Positions 41,709-52,174 of a DNA stretch of 64,000 nucleotides are shown here, piece by piece (position 1 is the stretch's first letter; every line of letters starts with the position of its first letter). A program made the position numbers and the translations under genes. The notes beneath the pieces were generated by a model, which saw only the letters and a list, made by a program, of their open reading frames with translations, was not told where the DNA came from and made no database searches. This stretch comes from an uncultured Nitrospiraceae bacterium (GTDB lineage: Bacteria > Nitrospirota > Thermodesulfovibrionia > Thermodesulfovibrionales > Dissulfurispiraceae), in contig CAVPIW010000006.1 of assembly GCA_963705105.1 (NCBI GenBank), positions 96,001-160,000 of the forward strand, given 5' to 3'.

Positions 41709-43676
41709 TCAGAGTATTCCCACGTTTTTTTGTATCTCTTCCGTGCTGTGTCCGGGAATGCTCCTCAAATACTCGAAATAGGTCGTCATGACCCGCTTGA
41801 CGTAATTCCTCGTCTCGTCGTAGGGGATGTCCTCGATGAACTCGTCGATGGTCCGGTAGTCCCCGCGCCTGAGCCATTCACGCACGGCTTCCTCGCCGGC
41901 GTTGTATGCTGCAAGGGCAACGGGAAGGGATGAATAGGCTTTCAGCAGGTGTTTCATATAGGCCGTGCCGATCCGGATGTTCGTCCGGACGTCGAAGAGC
42001 TCGCTGTTGCGGGACAGGCGCACCTGGCCGCTCTTGCTGAACCGCTGGGCCGTCTGGGGCATGAGCTGCATCAGCCCCAGGGCGCCCGCGATAGACCGTG
42101 CCTCCGGGTCGAAACGTGACTCCTCCCTGATGACGGACAGGACAAAGAAGGGGTCGACGCCCTGCATGGCCGCCGTCTCCTCGACGTCCTGGCGGAATCC
42201 GAGGGGATAGAGCAGATCATGGATATCGCTGCTGTACTGCGTTTTGCTGATAAGATTGATCGATTGCTTGTAGTTTCCGAGCTCTTTCAGGAATGCGCTG
42301 GCCTGGAGGAGATCATGCGGCGATGCGGCGAATCTCGACGGGTCCTGCAGCTCCTCCATCGCCTCAGAACGGAAGCCCAGCTTTGAAAGGATCTCGGCCC
42401 TCCTGGAGAAGCCGCCGCCTGCAGGGATGTCGGGCGTTACCCGGGCTACAGCCGTGAAGTCGCGGCCGTCGCGGAGAGCTGAGAGGTAGCTGTAGAAATC
42501 GCGGTAGCGGGTGTTCGTCCTCCGCGCCTCCGCTTTCCTGGCGGCCCCGTCCCCAAGATGATCGAGGCAACGATCCCTCCAGTAATGGTAGCGGGAATCG
42601 CCGTAGACCTCGATCATCTGCGAGAGGACCGCGGAGGCGTTGCGGTAGTCACGGAGGGCGTAATAGGTCCATGCTTTCGACCAGAGCGCGTCTTCTTTCG
42701 AGCCCGGGAAATGAGCGATGACCCTGTCCAGCACCGACAAAGCCGCTTCCGGCTCGCCCTGGCGGCGTTTCTTCATGGCATAGGAGATCAGGACCTCCGC
42801 GTTCTTTTTGTCGCCTGACTTGTAGAGGTGGGACATTTCCGCCTCGAAGGCCGCCAGTTCGTTCGCCCTGAGGAGAGACCGGGCCCTCCAGTATGGCTTA
42901 TGCACATCCCGGTACAGCTCGGCTGACTCGCGATAGCGTTTCTGCCTGAACATGGAGAGGGCCAGTCCCTCCTTGATTTCTTTCCTGTGCGTGCCCGTAT
43001 CCTTTTTCAGTGCCTCGCGGAAGTACTTCTCGGACTCTTCGAAGAGCCAGGCCTTGTTGAGGTTTTCACCCCTCTTCAGGAGGAGAGAAACGGTGATGTC
43101 CGGCGGAGCAAGTTCAGCCTCGGCCTGCTTTGAGAACGATGTCGGAGACGTATAGACATCTTTGAACAGAGACTTCGCCTTCTGCAGATCCCCCGTTTCA
43201 CGGAGCAGCCGCGCATAGGCGAATTTCATCTCCATATGGGACGGATAGTCCTGGGTAAAACGATCGAGAAGGGGCAATGCCGCCGGTGATCCCCTTTTCC
43301 TCTGGAGCTCGATCTCCCGTATTCGCGCTTTCTTGATAAGAGGAGAATCCCTGTAATCCCTCCTCAGGGCTTCCAGATCGGCCACAGCGCCGTCGATATC
43401 TCCCTGTGTCTCACGGGCGCCTGCTCTCCAGAGGAGCGCGTAGTCGCCGAGGAGCGGCAGGCGCTCGCGGGCAAGGGTCAGCAGTTCGATGCTCCGCTCG
43501 GCGTTTCCGCTGTCGAGCATCTGCTTTCCCATGAGGAGATAACGGCCGTTGCTCAGTTGTTCGTCGATAGGGACGCTGCGGTCGCTCACCGTTGCGCTTG
43601 AACGCCCGAGCACCGGCAGCAATGACAGCAGGGCAAGGAGCATCGCTAAAGCCGCATAAGGTCTACAATTCCTCAA
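41709..43676 (-). CDS. slt: Soluble lytic murein transglycosylase (TPR repeats plus SLT domain)
   Basis: IREESRF, GLMQLMP, AAYNAG, ETRNYV. Confidence 0.9.
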   Translation of the reverse strand: MRNCRPYAALAMLLALLSLLPVLGRSSATVSDRSVPIDEQLSNGRYLLMGKQMLDSGNAERSIELLTLARERLPLLGDYALLWRAGARETQGDIDGAVADLEALRRDYRDSPLIKKARIREIELQRKRGSPAALPLLDRFTQDYPSHMEMKFAYARLLRETGDLQKAKSLFKDVYTSPTSFSKQAEAELAPPDITVSLLLKRGENLNKAWLFEESEKYFREALKKDTGTHRKEIKEGLALSMFRQKRYRESAELYRDVHKPYWRARSLLRANELAAFEAEMSHLYKSGDKKNAEVLISYAMKKRRQGEPEAALSVLDRVIAHFPGSKEDALWSKAWTYYALRDYRNASAVLSQMIEVYGDSRYHYWRDRCLDHLGDGAARKAEARRTNTRYRDFYSYLSALRDGRDFTAVARVTPDIPAGGGFSRRAEILSKLGFRSEAMEELQDPSRFAASPHDLLQASAFLKELGNYKQSINLISKTQYSSDIHDLLYPLGFRQDVEETAAMQGVDPFFVLSVIREESRFDPEARSIAGALGLMQLMPQTAQRFSKSGQVRLSRNSELFDVRTNIRIGTAYMKHLLKAYSSLPVALAAYNAGEEAVREWLRRGDYRTIDEFIEDIPYDETRNYVKRVMTTYFEYLRSIPGHSTEEIQKNVGIL

Positions 43677-44781
43677 GGAGGGCCTCCTCCGGGTCTTTCA
43701 GGGGCAGGCCGAAGGCCTCGGCTACCTTTGCATAAACAATACTGCCCTTGAACGTATTGAGGGCGCTCCTGAGGACGGCGTCTCTGCGGAGGGCGGCGGC
43801 TATGCCTGACGCCGCGAGTGTCCTGATGTAGGGCAGGGTGGCATTCGTGATGGATAATGTGGACGTCCTGGGATAGGCGCCCGGCATGTTGGCCACCATA
43901 TAATGGATGATACCGTCGACGACATAGATCGGGTTGTCATGCGTCGTAGGACGGGCCGTTTCGACACACCCCCCCTGGTCAACGGAGACATCGACGATGA
44001 CGGCACCCTTTTTCATCGCTCTCAGCATCTCCGCCGGTATGAGGACAGGGGTCCTCCCGCCGGGCACAAGGACCGCACCGATGACGAGATCGGCGTCTCT
44101 GATCTCCGCCTGAATGGCTGTGGCGCTCAACGTCAGTGTCTTGATCCTGCCGGCATAGATCTCGTCGAGTCTCGCAAGCCGCTCCACGCCCCTGTTCATG
44201 ACGACCGTGTCCATCCCGAGCCCCGCACAGACCCTTGCGGCATTGGTGCCGACGACACCGGCGCCGATGATGACAACACTGGCGGGTTTGACGCCCGAGG
44301 CCCCGCAGAAGAGCACGCCGTCGCCCCCATGGATCTTCTGGAGGAAGAAGGACCCAACAAGGGGAGCCATCCTGCCGGCGATCTCGCTCATGGGGGCGAG
44401 CAGCGGGAGAGCGCCGTCGACCTCCACCGTTTCGTAGCCGAGGGCGGTGATCCTTCTTTCGAGGAGAAATTCCGTCAACGGCCGGGACGACGCGAGGTGG
44501 AGGTATGTGAAGAGGGCCTGCTCCTCCCTGAAGAGATCGTATTCCGGCGGCAGCGGTTCCTTGACCTTGACGATGAGCTCTGCCTTGTCGAAGAGGTCAT
44601 GCTTGCCGACAATGTCGCCGTCGGCGGAGAGGTATTCGTCGTCGGGAAATCCGCTCCCCTCGCCGGCGCCGGATTCGATGAGGACCGTGTGGCCGTCTCT
44701 CCTGAGTTCGGCAACGCCGGAAGGCGTCATGCCGACCCTGTATTCATGCGTCTTTATTTCCTTCGGGACGCCGATGATCAT
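43663..44781 (-). CDS. ald: Alanine dehydrogenase
   Basis: IGVPKEIK..EYRV, KVKEP, MSEIAGR, VDQGGC, VANMPGA. Confidence 0.95.
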   Translation of the reverse strand: MIIGVPKEIKTHEYRVGMTPSGVAELRRDGHTVLIESGAGEGSGFPDDEYLSADGDIVGKHDLFDKAELIVKVKEPLPPEYDLFREEQALFTYLHLASSRPLTEFLLERRITALGYETVEVDGALPLLAPMSEIAGRMAPLVGSFFLQKIHGGDGVLFCGASGVKPASVVIIGAGVVGTNAARVCAGLGMDTVVMNRGVERLARLDEIYAGRIKTLTLSATAIQAEIRDADLVIGAVLVPGGRTPVLIPAEMLRAMKKGAVIVDVSVDQGGCVETARPTTHDNPIYVVDGIIHYMVANMPGAYPRTSTLSITNATLPYIRTLAASGIAAALRRDAVLRSALNTFKGSIVYAKVAEAFGLPLKDPEEALLEEL

Positions 44782-44782
44782 T

Positions 44783-44991
44783 CCTTATCGCTCCAATGGG
44801 ACATCCGGGAAGGCGGGGCGACGATGCCGAAAAACAGTAGACAGCAGACAATAGACAGCAGGCAACAGACAGGATTCGCACCACCTAAGCACGACGGAAA
44901 GGCTTTGAACCATATTTGCCTTCCCCGGAGGCGCGTCGCTATCAGCAAGGCTTTGAGGCGCTTTGTCCCGCCTTTTCATGCAATTGGAAGG
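44783..44991 (+). repeat. Inverted-arm element, copy 8 (heptamer AGACAG(C/T) run plus partial type B interior)
   Basis: CCTTATCGCTCCAATGGGACATCCGGGAAGGCGGGG ... CAGCAAGGCTTTGAGGCGCTTTGTCCCGCCTTTTCATGCAATTGGAAGG. Confidence 0.85.
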
Positions 44992-45016
44992 CATGATCAG
45001 AACGCCCTCAGGTAGT

Positions 45017-46201
45017 CTATGTATGCCGAATGGTTCTTCTTCGTATCTCGTCCATGCTGTCGCCGCCGAACTTTTCGAGAAACGCATCGGCGAGGATGAG
45101 GGCCGTCATGGCCTCGGCGATCACCGCTGCTGCGGGGACGGCACAGATATCGGACCGCTCGTAGGCCGCCTCGACGGATTCGCGGGAGACGATGTCCACG
45201 GAACGGAGGGGCTTTCTGAGGGTCGGGATGGGCTTCATCGCCGCCCTGACAACGACGGGCATGCCGTTCGTCATGCCGCCCTCGATGCCGCCGGCGTGAT
45301 TGCTCTTTCTCCCGAAGAGGGTCGATGCGTCCGTCTCTCCGCCGCTGTCCGCGGGGTCGCTGAGGACGATCTCGTCCATCACCTCGGAGCCGAACCGGGC
45401 CGCCATGGTGAAACCGGAGCCGACCTCCACACCCTTGATCGCCTGGATGCTCATAACCGCCTGGGCCAGCCGGCCGTCGAGACGCCTGTCCCACTGGACA
45501 TGGCTGCCGAGGCCGGGCGGGAGTCCCTGCGCCGTGACCTGGAAGACGCCGCCCACCGTGTCGCCCCTCTTCAGGGCACTGTCGATCTCGGCGATCATCA
45601 GGCGCGTCGCATCGTCGTCAGGACACCGCACCGGTGAAAGGTCGGCGCGTTCAAAGATCTCTCCATCCCGGAAGGACGCATCATCCGGGGCTATCGCAGC
45701 TGACCCGATCCGGATCACGAAGCTGCCGATCGTGACGCCGAAAAAAGCGAGCAAGGTCCTCGCGACGGACCCGACGGCGACGCGCATGGCCGTCTCCCGG
45801 GCGCTGGAACGTTCCAGGATATTCCTGATGTCGCGGTGGCCGTATTTCATGGCGCCGGCGAGGTCGGCATGGCCGGGGCGCGGGCGGGTAACGGCAGACG
45901 CCGACCCCTCATGAGCGGCCTCGGGAGACATGCTTTCCTGCCAGTTCTTCCAGTCCCTGTTTTCCACGAACAGGGAGAGGGGTGACCCGATCGTCTTGCC
46001 CCACCGGACGCCCGAGAGGATTTCGGCCCGGTCCTGTTCGATCTTCATCCTGCCGCCCCTGCCGTACCCCAGCTGGCGTCTCCGGAGGTCCCTGTTGATG
46101 TCTTCCGGCCCGAGGGGCAGTCCTGACGGCAGACCTTCGAGGATGCCCGACAGGCCCTTCCCGTGCGATTCACCGGCGGTGAGAAATCTCAGGCGGTTCA
46201 T
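45017..46201 (-). CDS. aroC: Chorismate synthase
   Basis: [38 protein letters not shown]. Confidence 0.97.
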   Translation of the reverse strand: MNRLRFLTAGESHGKGLSGILEGLPSGLPLGPEDINRDLRRRQLGYGRGGRMKIEQDRAEILSGVRWGKTIGSPLSLFVENRDWKNWQESMSPEAAHEGSASAVTRPRPGHADLAGAMKYGHRDIRNILERSSARETAMRVAVGSVARTLLAFFGVTIGSFVIRIGSAAIAPDDASFRDGEIFERADLSPVRCPDDDATRLMIAEIDSALKRGDTVGGVFQVTAQGLPPGLGSHVQWDRRLDGRLAQAVMSIQAIKGVEVGSGFTMAARFGSEVMDEIVLSDPADSGGETDASTLFGRKSNHAGGIEGGMTNGMPVVVRAAMKPIPTLRKPLRSVDIVSRESVEAAYERSDICAVPAAAVIAEAMTALILADAFLEKFGGDSMDEIRRRTIRHT

Positions 46202-46272
46202 ATGCTTTAAAGATACCGCAAAAGAAAGTTTGCGTCAACACGGCCCGCTCATTTTTTGTGCTACAATAAATC

Positions 46273-46482
46273 TGGTCGTTGCATACGCCCTCCGGGGCGG
46301 CGGGGCGTATGCGCCGAAAACCTTGATGCGGCGACACCTTAACGTTTACGGAAGATAACGCTTCAAAGCTATGGCCGATCAGACGGAGAGTGGAATCGTG
46401 AAACAAGAAGCTAACGATGCTCATCGTCGCCTTCAGCAAGGCTTTGAGGCGCTTCGCCCCGCCTGTTCATACAGCCGGAAGG
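46273..46482 (+). repeat. Inverted-arm element, copy 9 (type A)
   Basis: Aligns with copies 2 and 4, including GAGTGGAATC.TGAAACA and CGTCGCCTTCAGCAAGGCTTTGAGGCG. Confidence 0.85.
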
Positions 46483-46519
46483 GAAACAAAAACATCTTAA
46501 CACGCGAAATGGAAGGTAC

Positions 46520-48727
46520 ATGATGGATCTTGACATGCATATCAGACTCATCATCAACGGTGATCACGGCAGCGCCTTTGACATTCTGGGCATGCATTCG
46601 GGGCCTGACGGGATCGTTGTGAGGGCCTTCCTTCCCGATGCGAAGGAAGCGGTGGTTCTCAGTGTGTCCGGCAAAACGAAATGGGCGGCCCTGGAGACCG
46701 CCATGACGCAGACCCATGCCGAGGGTTTTTTCGAGGCCCGCTTCGACGGAATGACGACGCCTTTTCCGTACAGGCTTCGGACCGTCACGCACTGGGGAGA
46801 TACGCGGGAATTCGTCGATCCCTTCGCCATGCCGCCGGTGCTCACCGACTTCGATCTGCACCTCATCGGCCAGGGGACACACTATGAAAATTACGAGAAA
46901 CTCGGCGCGCACCTGCGGGTTGTCGACGGCGTCTCCGGTGTCCATTTCGCCGTCTGGGCGCCAAACGCCAGGAGGGTGAGCCTTGTCGGAGACTTCAACT
47001 CCTGGGACAACAGGCGCCATCCCATGCGGCTCCTCGGAGTGTCCGGCATATGGGAGATCTTCGTCCCCGGTATCGGCGAGGGTGAGGTCTACAAGTTCGA
47101 CATCTTTTCTCACAACAAGGGCTACCGGGAGCAGAAGGCCGATCCCTTTGCCTTTCACTTCGAGGTGCGGCCGAAGAGCGGCGCCATCGTCTGGGACATC
47201 ACAAAACACCGCTGGTCCGACGGCGTCTGGATGGAGATGCGTCGACACCGGAACTGGTTCGAAAGCCCCATATCGACCTATGAAGTCCATCTCGGCTCGT
47301 GGATGCGTGTGCCCGAAGAAAACAACAGGTTTCTCACGTACCGGGAACTTGCAGAGAGGCTGATCCCCTATGCCAGGCAGATGGGATTCACCCACATCGA
47401 ACTCCTGCCTGTCACGGAGCACCCCTTTGACGCATCCTGGGGATACCAGACACTCGGTTATTTCGCGCCCACATCACGGTTCGGACGACCGGAAGATTTC
47501 ATGTATTTCATTGATCAGTGCCACCAGAACGACATCGGCGTGATCATGGACTGGGTGCCCGCCCATTTTCCCCGGGACGCCCACGGGCTGGGTTATTTCG
47601 ACGGGACCTGCCTTTATGAGCACGAGGACCCGAGGAAAGGGGAGCACCGGGACTGGGGGACGCTCATCTTCAATTACGGCCGGAATGAGGTCATCAATTA
47701 CCTCATTTCAAACGCCCTCTTCTGGCTTGACCGCTACCACATCGACGGACTCAGGGTTGACGCCGTTGCGTCCATGCTGTACCTCGATTACTCGCGGAAC
47801 ACCGGCGACTGGGTGCCGAACGAGTACGGCGGCAACGAGAACCTTCAGGCAGTGGCGTTCATCAAGAAGTTCAATGAGGTCGTCCACGGCGCCCATCCCG
47901 GCGTCCTTACCATCGCCGAGGAGTCGACGGCATGGCCGGGTGTATCGAGACCGACCTATCTCGGCGGGCTCGGATTCAGCATGAAGTGGAACATGGGATG
48001 GATGCACGACACCCTCCGTTATTTCTCCAGGGAACCCGTCTTCCGGAAATACCACTCCAATGACATCACCTTCAGCATGCTCTACAGCTTTACGGAGAAT
48101 TTCGTCCTCCCCTTCTCCCATGATGAGGTCGTTCATGGCAAGAGGTCGATGCTGAACAAGATGCCCGGCGACACGTGGCAGAAGTTCGCCAACCTGCGGA
48201 CCCTCTACGGCTACATGTACGGGCACCCGGGCAAAAAGATCCTCTTCATGGGATCGGAGTGGGGACAATGGGATGAATGGAACTCCGACAAGAGTCTCGA
48301 CTGGCACCTGACGGGCTACAAACCCCACCGGAAGCTCCAGCGGTTCCTGCAGGACCTCAATGCCGTCTACCGCGCCGAGCCGGCACTCTTTGAGATCGAC
48401 TTCAACTGGAAAGGCTTCGAATGGATCGACTTCAGTGATGCGAAGCGGAGCGTCCTGTCCTTTATCAGAAGGGCGAAGGACCCGGAGGATTTCCTCGTCT
48501 TCGTCTTCAACAATACCCCTGTGCCGAGGATGAAATACCTCATCGGCGTGCCCAGGGGAGGGTTTTACCGGGAGCTGCTCAACAGCGACTCTTCCTACTA
48601 CGGCGGGAGCAATCTCGGCAACGCAGGGCTCGTCGTCGCCGACAGGGTGCCCATGCACGGCAGGGAATTCTCCCTGAGCCTCACACTGCCGCCCCTTTCG
48701 TGCATGATCTTTAAACCGCAGGCATAG
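46520..48727 (+). CDS. glgB: 1,4-alpha-glucan branching enzyme
   Basis: [42 protein letters not shown]. Confidence 0.97.
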   Translation: MMDLDMHIRLIINGDHGSAFDILGMHSGPDGIVVRAFLPDAKEAVVLSVSGKTKWAALETAMTQTHAEGFFEARFDGMTTPFPYRLRTVTHWGDTREFVDPFAMPPVLTDFDLHLIGQGTHYENYEKLGAHLRVVDGVSGVHFAVWAPNARRVSLVGDFNSWDNRRHPMRLLGVSGIWEIFVPGIGEGEVYKFDIFSHNKGYREQKADPFAFHFEVRPKSGAIVWDITKHRWSDGVWMEMRRHRNWFESPISTYEVHLGSWMRVPEENNRFLTYRELAERLIPYARQMGFTHIELLPVTEHPFDASWGYQTLGYFAPTSRFGRPEDFMYFIDQCHQNDIGVIMDWVPAHFPRDAHGLGYFDGTCLYEHEDPRKGEHRDWGTLIFNYGRNEVINYLISNALFWLDRYHIDGLRVDAVASMLYLDYSRNTGDWVPNEYGGNENLQAVAFIKKFNEVVHGAHPGVLTIAEESTAWPGVSRPTYLGGLGFSMKWNMGWMHDTLRYFSREPVFRKYHSNDITFSMLYSFTENFVLPFSHDEVVHGKRSMLNKMPGDTWQKFANLRTLYGYMYGHPGKKILFMGSEWGQWDEWNSDKSLDWHLTGYKPHRKLQRFLQDLNAVYRAEPALFEIDFNWKGFEWIDFSDAKRSVLSFIRRAKDPEDFLVFVFNNTPVPRMKYLIGVPRGGFYRELLNSDSSYYGGSNLGNAGLVVADRVPMHGREFSLSLTLPPLSCMIFKPQA

Positions 48728-48773
48728 ATTAGGCGGGGAGGTTCCGTCGGGACGGGATCTGAAAAATGGTTCT

Positions 48774-49352
48774 TCATGATTTAGGCCTTCCACAGCGCGA
48801 CTGAGATCGCGCACGATAGAGCCGTTCAGTGAAGCCGCCCTCAGTCAAAAAAGCTTTTTCCAGGGCTCTCAGTTGCTGGTCAAGCAGGTAGTTGGTCTGA
48901 TGGATCAGGCAGATCATGGTGTTTGAGGCAACTTCCAAGGAGGAAGCCTCAAGATATGTCTTATAGGTCAAATACGACCTATCCTTCGCGTAGGCGAGTT
49001 TTCTCACTGTTTGGGCCTGCGGGTGATCTTTTCCCCAGAGCGGGAGGCCCTTCTGCCGCAGGAAATCCTGGAAGTCCAGGAGCAGCTCTTCGAAGCTTGC
49101 CCGTGCCACACCGACCAGCTTCAGTTCGGTCTTCTTGGATGTGCCTGAAGCCATGCTTCCTTCTGCGATGTTCTGCTTGCCGCTTCTGGCGGCCTGGACC
49201 ATCTGATCGTGCGTGCGTGAGCGTTTGTCGATGTAACGGTCGCAAAAAACGACAGTGGCATCATAAACGAGCTCTGCCATTTTGTAAGACTGCAGCTCCC
49301 GATACCCGCCATGAGGCGGAATGAGTTGAGGAGGTTCCTTCGGTTCGGTCAT
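48774..49352 (-). CDS. Four-helix-bundle protein (23S-IVS/Avd-like, suffix-domain type)
   Basis: GGYRELQSY, DQMVQAARSGKQNIAEGS, VARASFEELLLD, EGGFTERL. Confidence 0.85.
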   Translation of the reverse strand: MTEPKEPPQLIPPHGGYRELQSYKMAELVYDATVVFCDRYIDKRSRTHDQMVQAARSGKQNIAEGSMASGTSKKTELKLVGVARASFEELLLDFQDFLRQKGLPLWGKDHPQAQTVRKLAYAKDRSYLTYKTYLEASSLEVASNTMICLIHQTNYLLDQQLRALEKAFLTEGGFTERLYRARSQSRCGRPKS

Positions 49353-49438
49353 AGTTTTATGTCAAGCGTAACGCCCTGTGGCATCACTTCTCAATTATAC
49401 ACACAGTAGTCCCGCAAGACGTGTCTTGCGTCACATCC

Positions 49439-49467
49439 GGGTTCATCCCCGCGTGTGCGGGGAACAG
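49439..49467 (-). CRISPR. Single orphan type I-E-like CRISPR repeat
   Basis: Reverse complement CTGTTCCCCGCACACGCGGGGATGAACCC fits the 29-nt I-E consensus GTGTTCCCCGC...GCGGGGAT(G/A)AACCG; only one copy seen. Confidence 0.7.
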
Positions 49468-49536
49468 TTAATAGGGAATGGGTTTGAGGGGCGGAAGAAT
49501 GGGTTCAGTCATATGCAATTCTCTCGCCGATACGTT

Positions 49537-49932
49537 CTATAAGCCAAGATACCGTTTCACCGCGCCGACAAATGTCTGCGCTCCAGCGACTGCTGTCACC
49601 GCGTCATCATGAGAAAAGGCGACAAACTCGCGGTAATCGCCCTCAAGCCGATCATCAAATACATTGTGAAGAATAGTCGAAAAGCTCTTTTCGAACTTGC
49701 CCTTTCCCACAAATTCCTTGTCAAAGAGTGAGATCACGCCCGAATGTTTTGACGTCTTCAAGGGGATGTCCTCTCTGATAAACAGCGCCAACAAGGCGTA
49801 GAACATAGCATAATAAGCTCTATTGATGATCGAACGGGGAGCAAACTGCCCTTGAAGCATCAACTCAGCCTCGGCAAGGGTCTCCTCCGCTTGCTGCATG
49901 CGATACGAGAAGAGGGCCTCTTTATCCGTCAT
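49537..49932 (-). CDS. HEPN domain protein
   Basis: NRAYYAMFY, KHSGVISLF, RLEGDY. Confidence 0.85.
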   Translation of the reverse strand: MTDKEALFSYRMQQAEETLAEAELMLQGQFAPRSIINRAYYAMFYALLALFIREDIPLKTSKHSGVISLFDKEFVGKGKFEKSFSTILHNVFDDRLEGDYREFVAFSHDDAVTAVAGAQTFVGAVKRYLGL

Positions 49933-50249
49933 ACCGCAACTCCTTCTTCCACGATGTTCCGCACGACAGAAGAACTCCTTAGAGGCGTGTCCTCTACCTC
50001 ATGTCTGGTAAAGATGAGAGCAGAGATGTAAATCGAATGCTTGAAGCCCACGTCCCATACAATATCTCTGATGCGCCGCTTGTCATCCTTCGTAAGTTGC
50101 TCGACTTCGATAAAGACGTCCAGATCAGAATCTTCCTCGCTATCGCCCCGTGCCCGTGAACCGAAAACCTTGAAGTCCGCGAGGTCAACAATATCGGTAA
50201 GCCGTCTTTTGAGCTCTCGCGCGATCTCCCGGTCCTTATCAGTCATCAT
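49929..50249 (-). CDS. Minimal nucleotidyltransferase (MNT) antitoxin
   Basis: VFGSRARGD...DSDLDV. Confidence 0.85.
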   Translation of the reverse strand: MMTDKDREIARELKRRLTDIVDLADFKVFGSRARGDSEEDSDLDVFIEVEQLTKDDKRRIRDIVWDVGFKHSIYISALIFTRHEVEDTPLRSSSVVRNIVEEGVAV

Positions 50250-50307
50250 GCTCCTCCGGTTAGCCTTTTCCCCTTCATACGCGACGGCTCAATCTCCGAG
50301 AAAGCCG

Positions 50308-50522
50308 CTATGTATGAAGAGCAAGGTCTTCAATCGTTACTTTTTTGAAAATATCCCTGCGCTGCCGAAGCGTTTCACCGCGTCGAGTATCTCAATGCCT
50401 GCTCTGAGCCCTGCGGCATCATAATCGACAGCGATGCCCTCGGCGACATTCTTTGTTGTCACAGTGCCCTCGATAAATCGAATATACAGGGCGTCCACTT
50501 TCAGATCATATGTCATTCTCAT
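50308..50522 (-). pseudogene. DUF2283-family antitoxin-like gene, frameshifted near the 3' end
   Basis: YDLKVDALYIRF...GIEILDA; the expected tail DIFKKVTIEDLAL continues in another frame. Confidence 0.6.
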
Positions 50523-50538
50523 TCTTCGAAATCTGCAT

Positions 50539-50745
50539 TTAGAGAAAGACAACCTCGCTCACAATCCCAATTCTTTCTTCAAATCGCTGGTGCGCTGTCC
50601 ATCTCTTATTCTTCTTCTTGACTTCTAATGCCGAATAATAATCAATCTTATCCTGTTCAATGTCTTTCAATCTGACAAATTCCTTGTAATCGAGAATGAC
50701 TGCCACCGGTCTGTTATCTTCCTTTATGATCTGTGTCTTAATCAT
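50539..50745 (-). pseudogene. Phd/YefM-like antitoxin, frameshifted; no partner toxin seen
   Basis: IIKEDNRPVAVILDYKEF; the typical ending SDLKKELGL* lies in a shifted frame. Confidence 0.55.
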
Positions 50746-50811
50746 GATAAGCCTCCTGTCTGTGCTTAATCTCATATACGAATATAGCATTTTCAGGAAT
50801 TTCAAAACCTT

Positions 50812-50968
50812 ATTTCAATCCTCATCCGCCCCGAAGGACGGATGCTACTGAAATCGCCCGCAAATAGTAGGATGTGATAAAAGTGTTTCAATCCTCATCC
50901 GTCCCGAAGGACGGATGCTACATTGCAAAAGTAGTTGAAGGGGCGTTGTTAAACGGTTTCAATCCTCA
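50812..50968 (-). CRISPR. Remnant CRISPR array: two 37-bp repeats, one 13-bp partial repeat and two spacers (36 and 34 bp)
   Basis: Repeat GTAGCATCCGTCCTTCGGGACGGATGAGGATTGAAAC on the minus strand at 50885-50921; degenerate terminal copy at 50812-50848; partial copy at 50956-50968. Confidence 0.9.
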
Positions 50969-51516
50969 AAATGAGCTTCAGTGTCCAGAAAGTCCGCATC
51001 AATGAGGCACGAAAAGAGCATTCTGACGTCAAGCATCGCTGCAACCCGGGATTGAAATCCAATCTGTACAGGGATAACCGGATTTGAAGGTTTTTCAGCG
51101 AGTAAGCCATCGGACGCAAGTCTTGCCTTCAGCCGACTGAAATCCTCATCACTAAGCCTTGTATTCTTAGGGTTTGCCTGGTTCATCATTCTTAATGCAC
51201 TGTTGCCGCCTTGCTGCAAACCAATGTGATGCCCCTGAATTGCCAGTGCTGCTGCAACAGCCTGAAACTCGCTGAGCACCACCCAAGCCCCGGGAGACCA
51301 GTGATCAAGCCCCTTCGCTTCACCCCGCAGGCGGGCCTGAAATAGATCGGCATATTTTCCGAGGTCATGAAGCAAACCTGCCAAGCGTGCTTCATCACGC
51401 CATCCTGCATTACCAGCGAAATCTGCAGCAAGCCCTGCAACTTCGGTCAGGTGTTCCTTAGCCGAATGTGTCAGACCATGATCGTTCTTACTATGGGCAA
51501 GATATCTCACAATCAC
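50959..51516 (-). pseudogene. cas3: Truncated Cas3 (HD nuclease domain only, no helicase)
   Basis: YLAHS...EHL..V, GLLHDLGK..FQ, DHW, GHHIGL, RMLFSCLIDADFLDT; the stop codon is supplied by the CRISPR repeat. Confidence 0.85.
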
Positions 51517-51567
51517 CCTCCCATTTTCACAATATCAGCAGAAACCTTATGCGCATCAACGATAGAT

Positions 51568-51960
51568 TTATCTCTCCTTTCCCCACCAAACCCTATCTTT
51601 CTTTTTTTCGTCCCCGGCGGCGGCTTCTTGAGTTCTCTGATCGCGTCAAAGACCACCCTTCACCCCGTTAGAGATAGGAACCGCTTCAATCGATTCTTCA
51701 AGTAACGTTTGCCCATGCCTGATTTCAAGCTCTGTCGCTGTTCAGGTCGCTTGACAGCATTGCCACACCTTGCTCAGTGAACACATAGGGCAGATAGCGC
51801 CAGTCACCCCTGCTGCTCTTTGATGTCACAATTTGTGATCTCAAACTCGCAACCTCCTGTTTATCCGATTGAAACGTGAAATCGGGCGGAAACCATTCAG
51901 CGTTCCTCTCGACGGCTTGCATATGACATTTTCGCCTCGAGTGAGGATTATCTCTTTCTA
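51568..51960 (-). pseudogene. Fragmented ORF6N (KilA-N-like) domain gene
   Basis: AVERN...FPPDF.FQ...LRSQIVTS...LPYVFTEQGVAMLSS.LNS and a separate C-terminal VVFDAIREL...KRKIGF fragment. Confidence 0.75.
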
Positions 51961-52174
51961 TGAGCTCAACAGGATCATCCAGTCTTTCACCGCCCGGTCG
52001 GGATATCTGTCCCATGTGTCCCAAGATCGTTTTAACTCACCTTTTTCAATTATACACACTCGACCTCCCCCAAAGGGTGTCCTATGTTTTCGAACGGGGA
52101 GGTGTAAGGGAAGCATGCTCCTGCGGGAAGAGACGGCGGAAGACAGGGAAAATCGGGGAGAGGAGTGGCGGAGG

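Noticed and set aside
48774..49352. Diversity-generating retroelement (Avd-like protein)
   Set aside because: No reverse transcriptase and no TR/VR pair with adenine-specific mismatches seen in the window
50849..50955. Self-targeting by the two spacers
   Set aside because: No match noticed within this window by eye; a genome-wide search is still needed
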